Source: Zancudomyces culisetae HAW-14-8
Lineage: Eukaryota; Fungi; Kickxellomycota
Assembly (NCBI GenBank): GCA_052426225.1
Contig: JBNJNM010000011.1
Span: 2,046,001 to 2,110,000, forward strand
Reading direction: 5' to 3'
Length of the DNA: 64,000 bases
Program-made: the position numbers and the translations under genes
Notes under the pieces: generated by a model
Database searches by the model: none
Told to the model about the DNA's origin: nothing
Seen by the model: only the letters and a program-made list of their open reading frames with translations
Part shown: in pieces, positions 42,983 through 54,538 of the stretch
How positions within the stretch are numbered: position 1 is the stretch's first letter
Layout: every line of letters starts with the position of its first letter

Positions 42983-45900
42983 ATGGACGCCAATACAAAA
43001 CAAACCAACAAGTCACATCGGGTCCAAAAGACGGGCGCCGGGGGCAAGAACAAAAAGCGAGATAAACGCGAAAAAAAGAAGAATGGAGGTGTTTCTACCA
43101 AAGGGAACAAGGGGAATAACCCAAAGGCATTTGCAATGCAGTCTGGGTTGCGAGCCAACCGGATGGCACAGCGAAGAATTGAGAAGAATGAGCGTAAACT
43201 ACATTTGCCATTGGTTGATCGGACACCAGAAGTTCCACCTCCTATAGTAGTAGCAGTTGTGGGACCACCAAAGGTAAAATACAATTTTAAATAAAGATAA
43301 AAACACATGAACTTTAAATATTGTATTTAAAAGATTAAATGTTAAAGGTGTAGGGATAATAATAATAATGATAACAATAATAATAATAGACGGGAAAGAC
43401 TACACTGATAAAGTCACTAGTTAGACGGTACACAAAACATACAATAAGCGAGAATAAGGGGCCGATTACGGTAGTTAGTGGGAAAAAACAGCGGATAACA
43501 TTTATGGAAGGGGTGAATGATATCAATGGGCTGGTAGATCTTGCAAAGGTGGCGGATTTGGTACTGTTGACGATTGATGCGAGTTTTGGATTTGAAATGG
43601 AGACGTTTGAGTTTCTGAATATCTTGCAGGCACATGGGTTTCCACGAGTAATGGGAGTTTTGACGTTTTTGGATCGGATGAAGGATAACAAGGCACTGAG
43701 TGCAAAGAAGAAGCAGATGAAGCATCGGTTCTGGACGGAAATATACGATGGAGCCAAGCTGTTTTATTTGTCAGGCGTGATTAATGGGCGGTATCCGGAT
43801 CGAGAAATTCTGAACTTGAGTCGGTACATTTCGGTGATGAAATTCCGGCCATTGGTATTCCATAATAGTCGAAGTTATGTGGTAGCAGATCGTATTGAAG
43901 ACTTGACATCACGCGAGGTGATCAAACATGATTACAAGAGTAGCCGCAAGGTAACGGTTTACGGGTATTTGCGCGGTACAAATATGCGAGAAAGAGCCAA
44001 AGTACATATTCCAGGAGTGGGAGATTTTACAGTGAAGAGTATTGAGGAGTTACCGGATCCATGTCCAATGCCAGATAGTACGGGATCGACAACAGAAGGA
44101 ACAACAGGGGTAAAGAGACGTAAGAGATTGGATGAAAAGGCGAAAAAGATATATGCGCCAATGTCGGATATTGGAGGGTTGATATATGATAAGGATGCAG
44201 TGTATATAAATGTTCCAGGAAATTTCTCATATGGTAATCAACAACAACAGCAACAACAACAACAACAAAAAAGGAGATTAATGAATGGAGAAGGAGAGGG
44301 ACAAGGGGAAGGGGATGGGGATGATGAAGAGATAGCGTTTGGAGAGGGAGAGCAAATGATATTAAAGCTGCAACATCAAAGAGAGACAGTTGCGGAAAAG
44401 TTGGCCAAGACAGATATGGTGTTGTTTGGAGGAGATGAAGAAAATCAACGACAAGAAGTTAGAGTAGGAGTTGAAGAGTTGGAAGAAATGGAACAAGAAA
44501 GAGTAAGAAGAAGAGCGTTTAGTGATGATGATGATGATGATGCAAATGAAGGTGATAGTGATAGTGATGAGGATGAAGATGATAGTGATGATTATGAGGA
44601 TGATGATGAAGATGATGAAGAAGACGAGGATGAGGATGAGGATGAGGATCAGGCAAGTCATATTAAATACAAATTCAAAAGACTTGGCAAGAAAAGACAA
44701 GTAAATTTGATGGATTTAGTATACAACAACAATCCAAGAAAAAACATTAATAATATTAAAAAAGATGATGAAGAGGAAGACGAAGAGGATATGGAAATGG
44801 AAATGTCAATGCAAGTAACTAAAAAATTCAATAATGCAAAGGATATGATATACCAAAAGTTCCAACAAGAAAAAGAAGAGATTGAAAATATTGACTATGA
44901 AAAACTGATGGCTAGATTTACTGGTGTAAAGAATAAAGTTAAGAAAGCAGGAAATAGTGATGATGATGAGAATGATGATGATGATGATGATGATGAGGAT
45001 GATGATGAGGATGAAGGTAGTGATGAGGATAGTGATGTATATGGAGATTTTGAAGATTTAGAAACTACACAAAATGGTGAACAAGAAGATGAAGATGAAG
45101 AAGAAGAGGAAGATGATGAAGAGGAAGATGATGAAGAGGAAGAGCAAATAGAGCAAGAGAATAAAAAAATACTTTTAAAGAAAATGTTTGATCAAGCATA
45201 TGACAACAAGGAATTAGGAGACAACAATGATGATAGTGAAAATGAAAATGGAAATAAAAAGACACAAAAAGGATTAAATAAATATAAAGGAAAAGGTAGA
45301 GGTAGAGGAAGAGGAAAGAGAGAAGAAGAAGGAGACGATGATGATGAAGAAGAAGGAGAAAAGAAAGATTTAGCTACAATAGAAAAAGAAAAACTAGAAG
45401 CACAAAAACAAAAGAATATCCGAGAATTTGAGGGAGAAAGCGAGATTGTACGACGAGCAGTGGAGGGGGTGCGAGCAGGCAAATATGTTCGAATTGAGTT
45501 TGCAGAAGGAATTCCGTATGAATTTGTAGAGCATTTTGATGGACGGTATCCAATAATAGTAGGCACACTATTGGCAAGTGAACAAAGTGAGAACTTTGGA
45601 ATGGTGCAAACACGGTTGAAAAAACATCGATGGTACCACGCAAGCAAAGTGTTGAAAACCAACGATCCGCTGGTCTTTTCGGTAGGTTGGAGAAGGTTCC
45701 AGAGTGTGGTGACATATGCGATAGGAACAAACAACAAAACCATGGTGGAGACCCGCATGCTTAAATACACACCCGAACACATGCATTGTTTGGCAGTGTT
45801 TTATGGACCCATTGTGCCTCCAAACACTGCGTTTATATGTCTGCCATCCGCCGCCAAAGTCATTAAAGGATTCCGGATTTGTGCGACTGGTGTGGTTTTG

Positions 45901-46671
45901 GAAACAAACAAAAACATTGTCATCAAGAAAAAACTCAAACTGACTGGTGTGCCTCACAAAATCCTCAAAACCACTGCCTATGTCAAAAACATGTTCAACA
46001 GTCCTCTGGAAGTTGCCAAATTCGAAGGCGCAAAACTCCAAACTGTCAGTGGAATCCGCGGTGTTGTCAAAAAGGCTGCTTCTTCCCCCATGCCTCCTGG
46101 CTGCTTTAGAGCCACTTTTGAAGACAAGATTCTGATGTCTGACATTGTGTTCCTCAAATCATGGTACACTATTGATCCTGTTTCGTTCTATTACCCTGTA
46201 ACCAACCTGCTGTTTGCCAACAAACCGACTTCTTGGCAAGGATTGAAACCTGCTGTCCAAATCCGCCGTGAACTGGGCCTCAAACTTCATATCAACCAAA
46301 ATTCTCTTTACAAAGATAAAGATTCTATCCGGCCTGTTGCTCGTAAATTCAATCCTCTACGCATTCCTAAAGCATTGGTTGCTGACTTGCCATTCAAATC
46401 CAAACCAAAGCTTATCAAATCCAAATCAACCTCCAAATCTTCTGGTTCTACCTCAAAAATCAACAACTTTACAAACAAAATTGCAAAGATCTCAAACTCT
46501 AAACTAGATTCTAAAATCTCTTCTTTAATGATCCAAATTAACACTATCAATAATATCAAATCTATCAATGCAAACCTCAAACGCAAACAAAAACTCGAAC
46601 AAAACCAAAAGAAACTTGACTCCAACAATAAAAATAATTCAAACAGCTCTCATAAACGCCGTAGACTTTAA
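42983..46671 (+). CDS. BMS1: Ribosome biogenesis GTPase Bms1; intron 43274-43389
   Basis: NPKAFA, LHLPLVDRTPE, P-loop GPPK|TGKTT, HGFPRVMGVLT, HRFWTEIYDGAKLFYLSG, LKKHRWY, RMLKYTPEHMHC, FEDKILMSDIVFL. Confidence 0.97.
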
Positions 46672-46744
46672 ATTTTTTTTTATACTTTACTTTACTTTAC
46701 TTTTTAATTAGTTTCTTTTCTTTCTTTCTTTTTTTTTCTCTCTT

Positions 46745-48094
46745 TCATTCTTCAACATCATTGTTGGCTATTAATTCATGCACTATATCGTAACATTCGT
46801 TTAATAAACTAAGAATAACTGTCTGTCCCTCTGGAATATTTCCCCTATCGTCCATAAACTTGCCGTTGGTCCGCAATCCATCAATGCTAAACAGTTTCAT
46901 CTGGTATGGATACATATCCCGCGCTGTAAATGGCCCACCGTACCGCTTGATTTCCACCAAACACCGCCGCAGTGTCCGCAACTGGTTATGGATTGGCTTC
47001 AGACTCTCTGCAACTGGCTCTGAGCTGCTCAGCAACTTGTACAGAATCGAATAACACTTGTGCAGCAAATAGTTCAGTGCGCCCTGTGCTGCTCCTGCAA
47101 GCGGTCGTCCCTCGCTATCTACAAACTGCCCGTCCGTCCGCAGTCCGTCTATCTCTTGCAGCTGCACTTGGAAACTCCACAAATCCGTCTCCCGCAACGT
47201 CCACCGCCGCGTCACCACCAGCTTCTCCAGCTGCTGCTTCGTCTCCACCAACCGGTCATACAGCGGCTTCATCTCCTCACTCACCGCCTCGCCCTCCGCC
47301 AACAAATCATGCACCATCTCAAAACTCTCCTCCAGCGCCCCCACCACTGTCGCCTGCCCCTTATACTCCACCCCCGTTCTCTCATCCACAAACCGCCCCT
47401 CAATCCGCTGGTCATCTATCTCCAGCAACTGCCGCTGCAGCTGCATCACCTCCACTTTCACCTCTTTATACTCTTTGCCCTTACCATTATACGCCGCATT
47501 CAGCTCCAACAGCCGCTTTTTGATTCTCACTATCTCCTTATACACCTCCTCCACCCCTTCCCCTATCTCCTCTATCGCCTCCCCCAACTTCTCCACCTCC
47601 CGCTTGTTCTGCCGCAGCTTCCTCTCCACAAACTTTAACAACTCCTCGTTCTCCCCTCCCTCTCTGCGACTATACTCCACCATCTCTTCTATCTCTTTCA
47701 ACCGCTCCTCATACGGCGTGATATCCTCTCTGGTATACACCCCTCCACTCTCGTACATATCCAAATTCTGCTTGATTGCTACTAGTTGTACATACATTGC
47801 TGGCATCTCTTGCTTCTTGCCCAACGCCATATAAAATAGACTAATCAGCTGGAAACAATCATCCAACATCTCATCTACCCGATTCACATACTCATCACTG
47901 TCTGTCCTCTCCCGTGACCGCACCTCATGTAGCTCTGCCACCCGATCAACCAAGTCCTGGTATATCGACAACACATCTTCGCTCTTATAGTAATTATTCC
48001 GGTCCTTGCGCAACAACAAAATCCGGTTCCGTACCCCTATGATTCTTTCCAACACCCCCTGCTCCGCCTCTGACATTTTTCCCGTCAATTCCAT
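46745..48094 (-). CDS. CUB1: DUF2408 family protein (Cub1/YPL260W-like)
   Basis: LLLRKDRNNYYKSEDV, NRVDEMLDDCFQLISLFYMALG, RWTLRETDL, YLLHKCY, SSSEPVAESLKPIHNQL, YPYQMKL, GNIPEGQ. Confidence 0.85.
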   Translation of the reverse strand: MELTGKMSEAEQGVLERIIGVRNRILLLRKDRNNYYKSEDVLSIYQDLVDRVAELHEVRSRERTDSDEYVNRVDEMLDDCFQLISLFYMALGKKQEMPAMYVQLVAIKQNLDMYESGGVYTREDITPYEERLKEIEEMVEYSRREGGENEELLKFVERKLRQNKREVEKLGEAIEEIGEGVEEVYKEIVRIKKRLLELNAAYNGKGKEYKEVKVEVMQLQRQLLEIDDQRIEGRFVDERTGVEYKGQATVVGALEESFEMVHDLLAEGEAVSEEMKPLYDRLVETKQQLEKLVVTRRWTLRETDLWSFQVQLQEIDGLRTDGQFVDSEGRPLAGAAQGALNYLLHKCYSILYKLLSSSEPVAESLKPIHNQLRTLRRCLVEIKRYGGPFTARDMYPYQMKLFSIDGLRTNGKFMDDRGNIPEGQTVILSLLNECYDIVHELIANNDVEE

Positions 48095-48757
48095 TCTTTA
48101 CTTTTCCATTTACTTTCTTTGTTATTTCCTACTTTTGCATTTCTTTACTTTTTTTTTCTCTCTCTGTTGAAAAAAAAATAAAATAAAATAAAAATTTAAA
48201 ATATAAAAATTTATAAACTTTTTATTGTTTTCTATTTCAAAAATTAACTCCTATTTTAATTACAATTATGTTTTTTCTTTTATAATACCACTGGAATATT
48301 TTTTGCTAGTTTTTTCCAAAATTTATTTTTATTTCTGACTATTCACCTATTTTCATTAGTTTTATCTAATTTAATGGCAATAAATAAAATAAAATAATCA
48401 CATTAAATAAATAAAAGTCTCTGTACTTTTTTTTTAAACCAATAAACACATTTCTTGGTATTTTTTTTTTTACAATCTCAATGAATTAATTTGCATGATA
48501 ATGATGCTAAAATATTCATTATTAAAAAAAATTTTTTTTTGTTTTAATTTATTAATTTTTTCAGCCATTAATTTATTTCCAAACATACTATATCTAAAAC
48601 TCTATTGAAAAAAAGAATACATGATAAAAAATAGGAACAGAAATTTGAATAAAACTAAAACTAAAAATAAAATAGAAATAGAAATCGGAGTAAAAATAGC
48701 AACAATTTCAGGGGAAAGGGAGTACTCTGGTGTTGCGTGGAGAGGAAGGTAAGGAGT

Positions 48758-48811
48758 GGAGTATAGTAAAGTAGAGTAGAGTAGAGTAGAGTTTAGTAGA
48801 GTAGAATAGAG
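48758..48811 (+). repeat. Imperfect (GTAGA)n pentanucleotide repeat
   Basis: gtagagtagagtagagtagagtttagtagagtagaatagag. Confidence 0.75.
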
Positions 48812-49124
48812 TGGGATTGAGGGAGTGGAAATAAATATTAAAACTAAAATTAAAATTAGTTTTGCACCTTCCATTTTCAAACTCCCCTCCTTTCACCAAT
48901 TTTGTTTTGTTGCATTTACAAAATTCCACACACAACTCCCCCCTGACCTCCTAACTTTCAAAAAAAAACAAAACAAAACAAAAAACAAAGCAAAAAACAA
49001 AAAACAAAATAATACAAAAAACGTTGAACACTAAAAGTCCATACAAACAGAAAAAAGAAAAAAGTCATTGTTTCTTTACCCTGCCCTCTTTTTTTTTTAG
49101 ATCCCTCTTCACACATCCACTCTC

Positions 49125-49166
49125 CACCTCCTATTCCTCACCTCCTATTCCTCACCTCCTATTCCT
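49125..49166 (+). repeat. Three perfect copies of the 14-mer CACCTCCTATTCCT
   Basis: Seen directly. Confidence 0.85.
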
Positions 49167-52100
49167 CCTCCTGCCCTTTCTCACTCATTAAAAAACTATC
49201 ACTCTAACACTACCAGAAATAAAACTTCCACTTGATAAACCATCATCCCCCCTGCTCCCTCTCTCTCTCTCTCTCTCTTCATCTCTTCATCTGTCTTCAT
49301 CTCTCTCTTTTCCGCTTCCTTATATATACACCAGCAGTTTGCCCAAAAGAAAAGAAGAAAAAACAAAAAAAAAGCTCTTCAAATTTGCCCGTCTATTAAT
49401 TAATTATATTTCTTGAGCATCCGAATAAAGCTAATATATGTCGTTTTAGTAAATCGGAATAATATAAATGCCTAAATGCTATTATTAACACATTTGTGTC
49501 AAAAGATTTTCGGTATCATTTACTTGTACTGGGTATACTGATAAATTAGCTGTAAATGTTAAATTAGTATACAATACTTTGAAATAAAAGAAAGAGGCAA
49601 GGAAAGGCCTTGAAAAACTGGTATTTATTGGTCTTCCGCTGGCCTTACTGTCCTAGTTTCAATAGTAAAAGTTATAACACATGGCCTCATATCACAACCT
49701 GTTGGTGTAAAAATTATTGATATTCAGTTAGATGATCCAGGAGGAAGTGGTACGGGTGGGGAGGGAAAGGGGGGGTCAGTGTGACTAGGATAATACAATA
49801 ATTTTATCCTAGCACTGTAACAATCATGGTAACAATTATTAATACAATTTAAATATACCGCATCTGTCATACTTACAATTTTTTGTGTTCATTGAACATG
49901 TGTGGTTATTATTGCACAAATTTTACCGAGTTGGTTATCGTTGCAATGTAGCAAATGTCTCTATATATCCTAATTGTCAATTTTGAACTTGAACGACAAA
50001 GCTGCCTAGATGCTGAGCAAAAATCACCACATATTGACCCATTGCTCATGCAATTACTACTGCTACCCATTACTTGACTTGCATCGACGCATCTCCCCCT
50101 CCCCCTCCCCCTCCCCCCTTTCCTCCTCTCCTTTTGACTACAAAGCACTTTTATATTTACTCTTTGAGATGTTTCTAGGTAATAATTCGAATTATGGTAG
50201 TGTTATTACTGGAATTTCTGTTACTCTATTAAACAGCCCTCTCTCTCTCTCCCTCCCTCGCTCTGCCCCTACACCAGTGATATTAAAATGGTTCTTCAGT
50301 GAATTTCTTCTGATAAACCATGCGTTTCATTAGCTGAACTAGCATCTGATAATAATCATCACAACTCTCCTCTCTTTAGCAATTTATGTTCCAAGCAGTA
50401 TAATCTTCAAAACAATAGCTTGTTTACTAGTTTCATACACTCTTTTCTTTTTATTGTTCCTCTTTTTGTTTTTTTCTAACAGGGACAAAGGAGTATTGAG
50501 CTTGTTGGCTATAAACGGTATTATATTGCTAATGATCTTTAGCTTTTTTATTTGGATGCACCGATTTCTGGGGATGACTAGCGGTATAACCACAATGAAC
50601 CAATTTTTCTTGTTTTTCCATTCTGCCCTAATGTAATACGCAATTTTTTCACATCCCTTTAATTTCCCCAATCAAAGCATTAACCAATTTTGGAAATTTG
50701 GAGGGGGGGATTTTTTTATATCCTTTGTTTTTTTGTTTTTTGTTTGCAATATATCATACAAACCATTCCAGTATGAGGATCTGCTAACAGGGTTACATTC
50801 ACCTACCCATAAATCAGGTTTATTCTAAATATTCTATAACATACGCTCGGATACTTTCCTTACCGCCGAGTTCCAATCAAACTAATTACCAAAACTTGAT
50901 AAGAACCTCACTCATTTTCCAACTACAAATTTCGATTTACATAAAAGAAACCAATACTGACAAAAACCAAAAAAAAAAAGAAAAAAAAAGACCAGACTGT
51001 TTTTCTAATAGGCAATAGAAAATAATAATGAGGAAATATACATGTTGTAAGCTTTATTATAGTATTCTATTTATATCCCTTTATCATTACTGGTAGTATT
51101 TAAATGGTATTGAATACCCTCCCTCCCCACCCACCCCAAAAAAAAAGAAGAATCAATGGCCTGATAAATACAAAAGTTTCTGGTTCTCTTTTTTTCTTTT
51201 TTTGATGTGTCATTGATACCCATTTCTTTTCATATACTGATTCTTTTTACCTTTATCTGTTGGTTGTAAGCATAAATGCTATTTTCATTTAACCGAAAGC
51301 AAAATAAGCGACCTTTTGCAAATACAACATACCCCTTCTTTACCTCTCTCCACATCTTTTCAATTGAATATACATGATAACACATGTTTGGTTAATTATC
51401 TGTAAAATATTTTAAACTATTAATACTACAAGCTTTATTCCCAAGTCCCTAATAATTCCAAAACGATTCTCTTTTTTGAACTACTAAATCGTTTTATTCT
51501 TTTTCTACAGATACCCTTTTCTTTCTCTTATTGCAAATATACAGGTTTTTTTTCAATAATAGCCAGCTATAAATATTTGCCATTTCTCCTTCTATAATCA
51601 CTGATCATTATACTATTATATTTCTTTACATATGAATTCTGATGGCATTTTGAAAAGCTAGAAAAAAAAAACTGAAGCTTGACACTGTGCATTTTAGTTG
51701 ATTTTGCTAAACACAAATTCATATCATCTCCACACTTTCCACACCCATTCCCTCCACTATCCTGATTCTTTTGCTCAATAATAATAAAACTTATAGACGA
51801 ATAATAGAAAATGTCATTGCGTATTCTGAACCTTTTGTTTTTTCACAAGCCTTTTTCTTTGGCGAGTTAATAGTGTTGAAAAATCAATTTCCAAGCACAT
51901 GTTTCTCTAATTTTCGCACCACATCAGATCTAGACCCAAGTTTCTAAAATAAACTAGTTTGTTGTGGATTTTATTGTGGATCAAACCCAACCCAACCCAA
52001 CATTCTAATTCTTTACAATATTAATAATAAAAAAATGTGAATACCAAATGCACAAGTTTTCGAGAAACGTAACGATATATTAACAACCCTTTTTGCACCG

Positions 52101-54538
52101 ATGGGTTGTTATCTGTATGCTACCAATGTGATCTTTTAAGGTTCTCTTCCTCACTCTGTAAAAAAAATAAAAAAGCAAAAAAAAGAGTCTAGCTCAAGAC
52201 GATTAATAGAGCCAAAAAAACTATTGTTCTTTTGTTGGTGATAATAGAATGCATTAAAAGAAGACATAAACCAAGTTGAACCTAATTGAACTAAAACTTT
52301 GGATGTATGTGCTAGTTACCTAATACCCCGTTTTTTTCACTTCACTTTCCTTTTCCATACACTTTGTTTGTTTTTGAATTCGGTACCGTCATGGATGACT
52401 CGGCTGGTTTACTCCAATATTTACATCCACTGCTCCAAAAATAGAACCAATCTATTTGGTAAAATAAAAGTATTTCCCAACTATGCAAGAAGTAGTATTA
52501 ACAAATTCATATGTGGCTCGGTGCAATATTTTTTTTATTACTGTACAAGACTTTTCCTTATTTGTCATATCCATTCTTTTTTTTACACTCAAAGTTGCAT
52601 GAACGGCGTTAAAGGCATTTCAATTAAGTTTTTTGTTTGTTTGATATTTGCCGCTATCCAATACAACTTTGTTTACACCAGAAAAAGTTTATGGTAGTTT
52701 TTCCTGAGTAAGACGATATACATAGACGCTAATGCACGGTTGTTATTTGCTACAAAAGGAAATGAAGAACAAACACCTTAAGTATATTATTGGCATTTAC
52801 TAGACCAAAAATATGTGATATAACGCACTTTATGGCTTTCGTAGTGTGGTATGATTTTTCGGTATAACATAATACAAACTTGATTCTCGCAAATAATGCA
52901 AAATTGAAAAAGCGGAGTGCTGTACAAAATCGGTCTAAGGTGGTGTACAAACACACCACAAATGCACAATAAATGTGTCAATTCTAAGACTTGGATGTGT
53001 GTAAATGAATGTATTCACTGTACCTAATAGTACGTAAACACCCCCTCCCACTCACTCACTAATCTTGGAACGCAAGATTATTGGCAAAGATAGAATCATA
53101 TTAATGTCAGCTACCATTTCGCCCGGAAAACTGAACAAATGATAGATTGGTAAATGTAGCAACCAGCGGATAAACAATCGTGAGAATTGGGACATTTCAG
53201 CTTGCTCCTGTTTGGTTCCCAAAATTTATTTACCAGAATGGTTTGGATGAATGTGTTTTGTGATTTTGAATATCTCATATACGTATATATATAAGAACCA
53301 ATGTTATTGAGGTTTCTGTGCGCGTCTATTTGACTTTTTTCCAGTAGTCTCCCAGAATTTTGAAAACGCAATATAATTCACCTCTTAAATTGTAATTTGC
53401 GTTTTCAAAAATAATTCAAATAAAACAAAATAAAAAACCAACAAAGCATATGTTTGATGAAAATTTGTGGGGATGAATGGAAGGGGAAGTGTATAGCTTA
53501 GGGTTTAGGGGAGAGGGAGGGAGGGAGGGGAAGGAGATTAAAGGGGGGAGATGATAAATAAAGGCGCAGAGGAATTTAATGTACATAATTATATTGCATG
53601 TTTATTTACTATTGAAAAAGAATTTGAAATACATTGACAAATTCAAAGTAACATTTGGGTTTGCCTACGTTTTTCTGGGAATTTGGCATTTATTGAAAAT
53701 TGAGTTTAAAAAACGCAAATAGTGTAGTTTTAATAAACGAGCAAATAAAAATCAGGTTTTTGAATAGAACGTGTCTTCTATTGCATGAAAAAAATGAGAA
53801 TTTTCTATTGGGTATTAGCGCTGCTATTCAAAACCCTATTGTAGTAAATATACTATAGTTATTCTTCTATTAATAATTTATTTTTTTAAAAAATAATTAC
53901 CAGTAAAGCCTACTTGAAAAGTCAAAGTCGAAACGGACCGAATCTGTGAACGAGTATAATAACAACCTCATTTACAAAAACTAAAAGTACTACATACATC
54001 TAAAAACTACTCTTAAGCAAAAGTTTGCTAATACAAGTATCTGCAAAAAAAAAAAAGATTACAAGGCAAAGAATAAACGGTGTGGCTGGGAGTCATAATT
54101 TTGTATGAAACACAGACAGGAATTGAATTTGAAGTGAATACACAATAGCTGCGAGCTCATTTTACTTTGACAAAGTTTGAATAATATCTCAACAGCACTG
54201 TCAAAATAATACTTCCAGAGTGTGTAAAGCGTATATGCATAAACAGAATAGAGAGAATTTTAACCAGCTGTACTTAGTGTGAAGGTGAGTATAAATTTAA
54301 TTTATAATTTATCGTGGTGAGATATACAACTTTGAGAGCTTCTTGTGGGATTATGTACTGAATTATATATACAACACCCACTGTAGTATAACAGCAAGAC
54401 AAAAAACGAGACAAAAGGAAAGAGTGTTTCGAGATTATTATAACCCGATAAATATTTTGCAAATTGCGCATGTGCATGCCTTCAGGCGCTAATAAAAAGG
54501 AAAAAGGCGTAAACAAATAAATAAATGACGAGCTGAAA

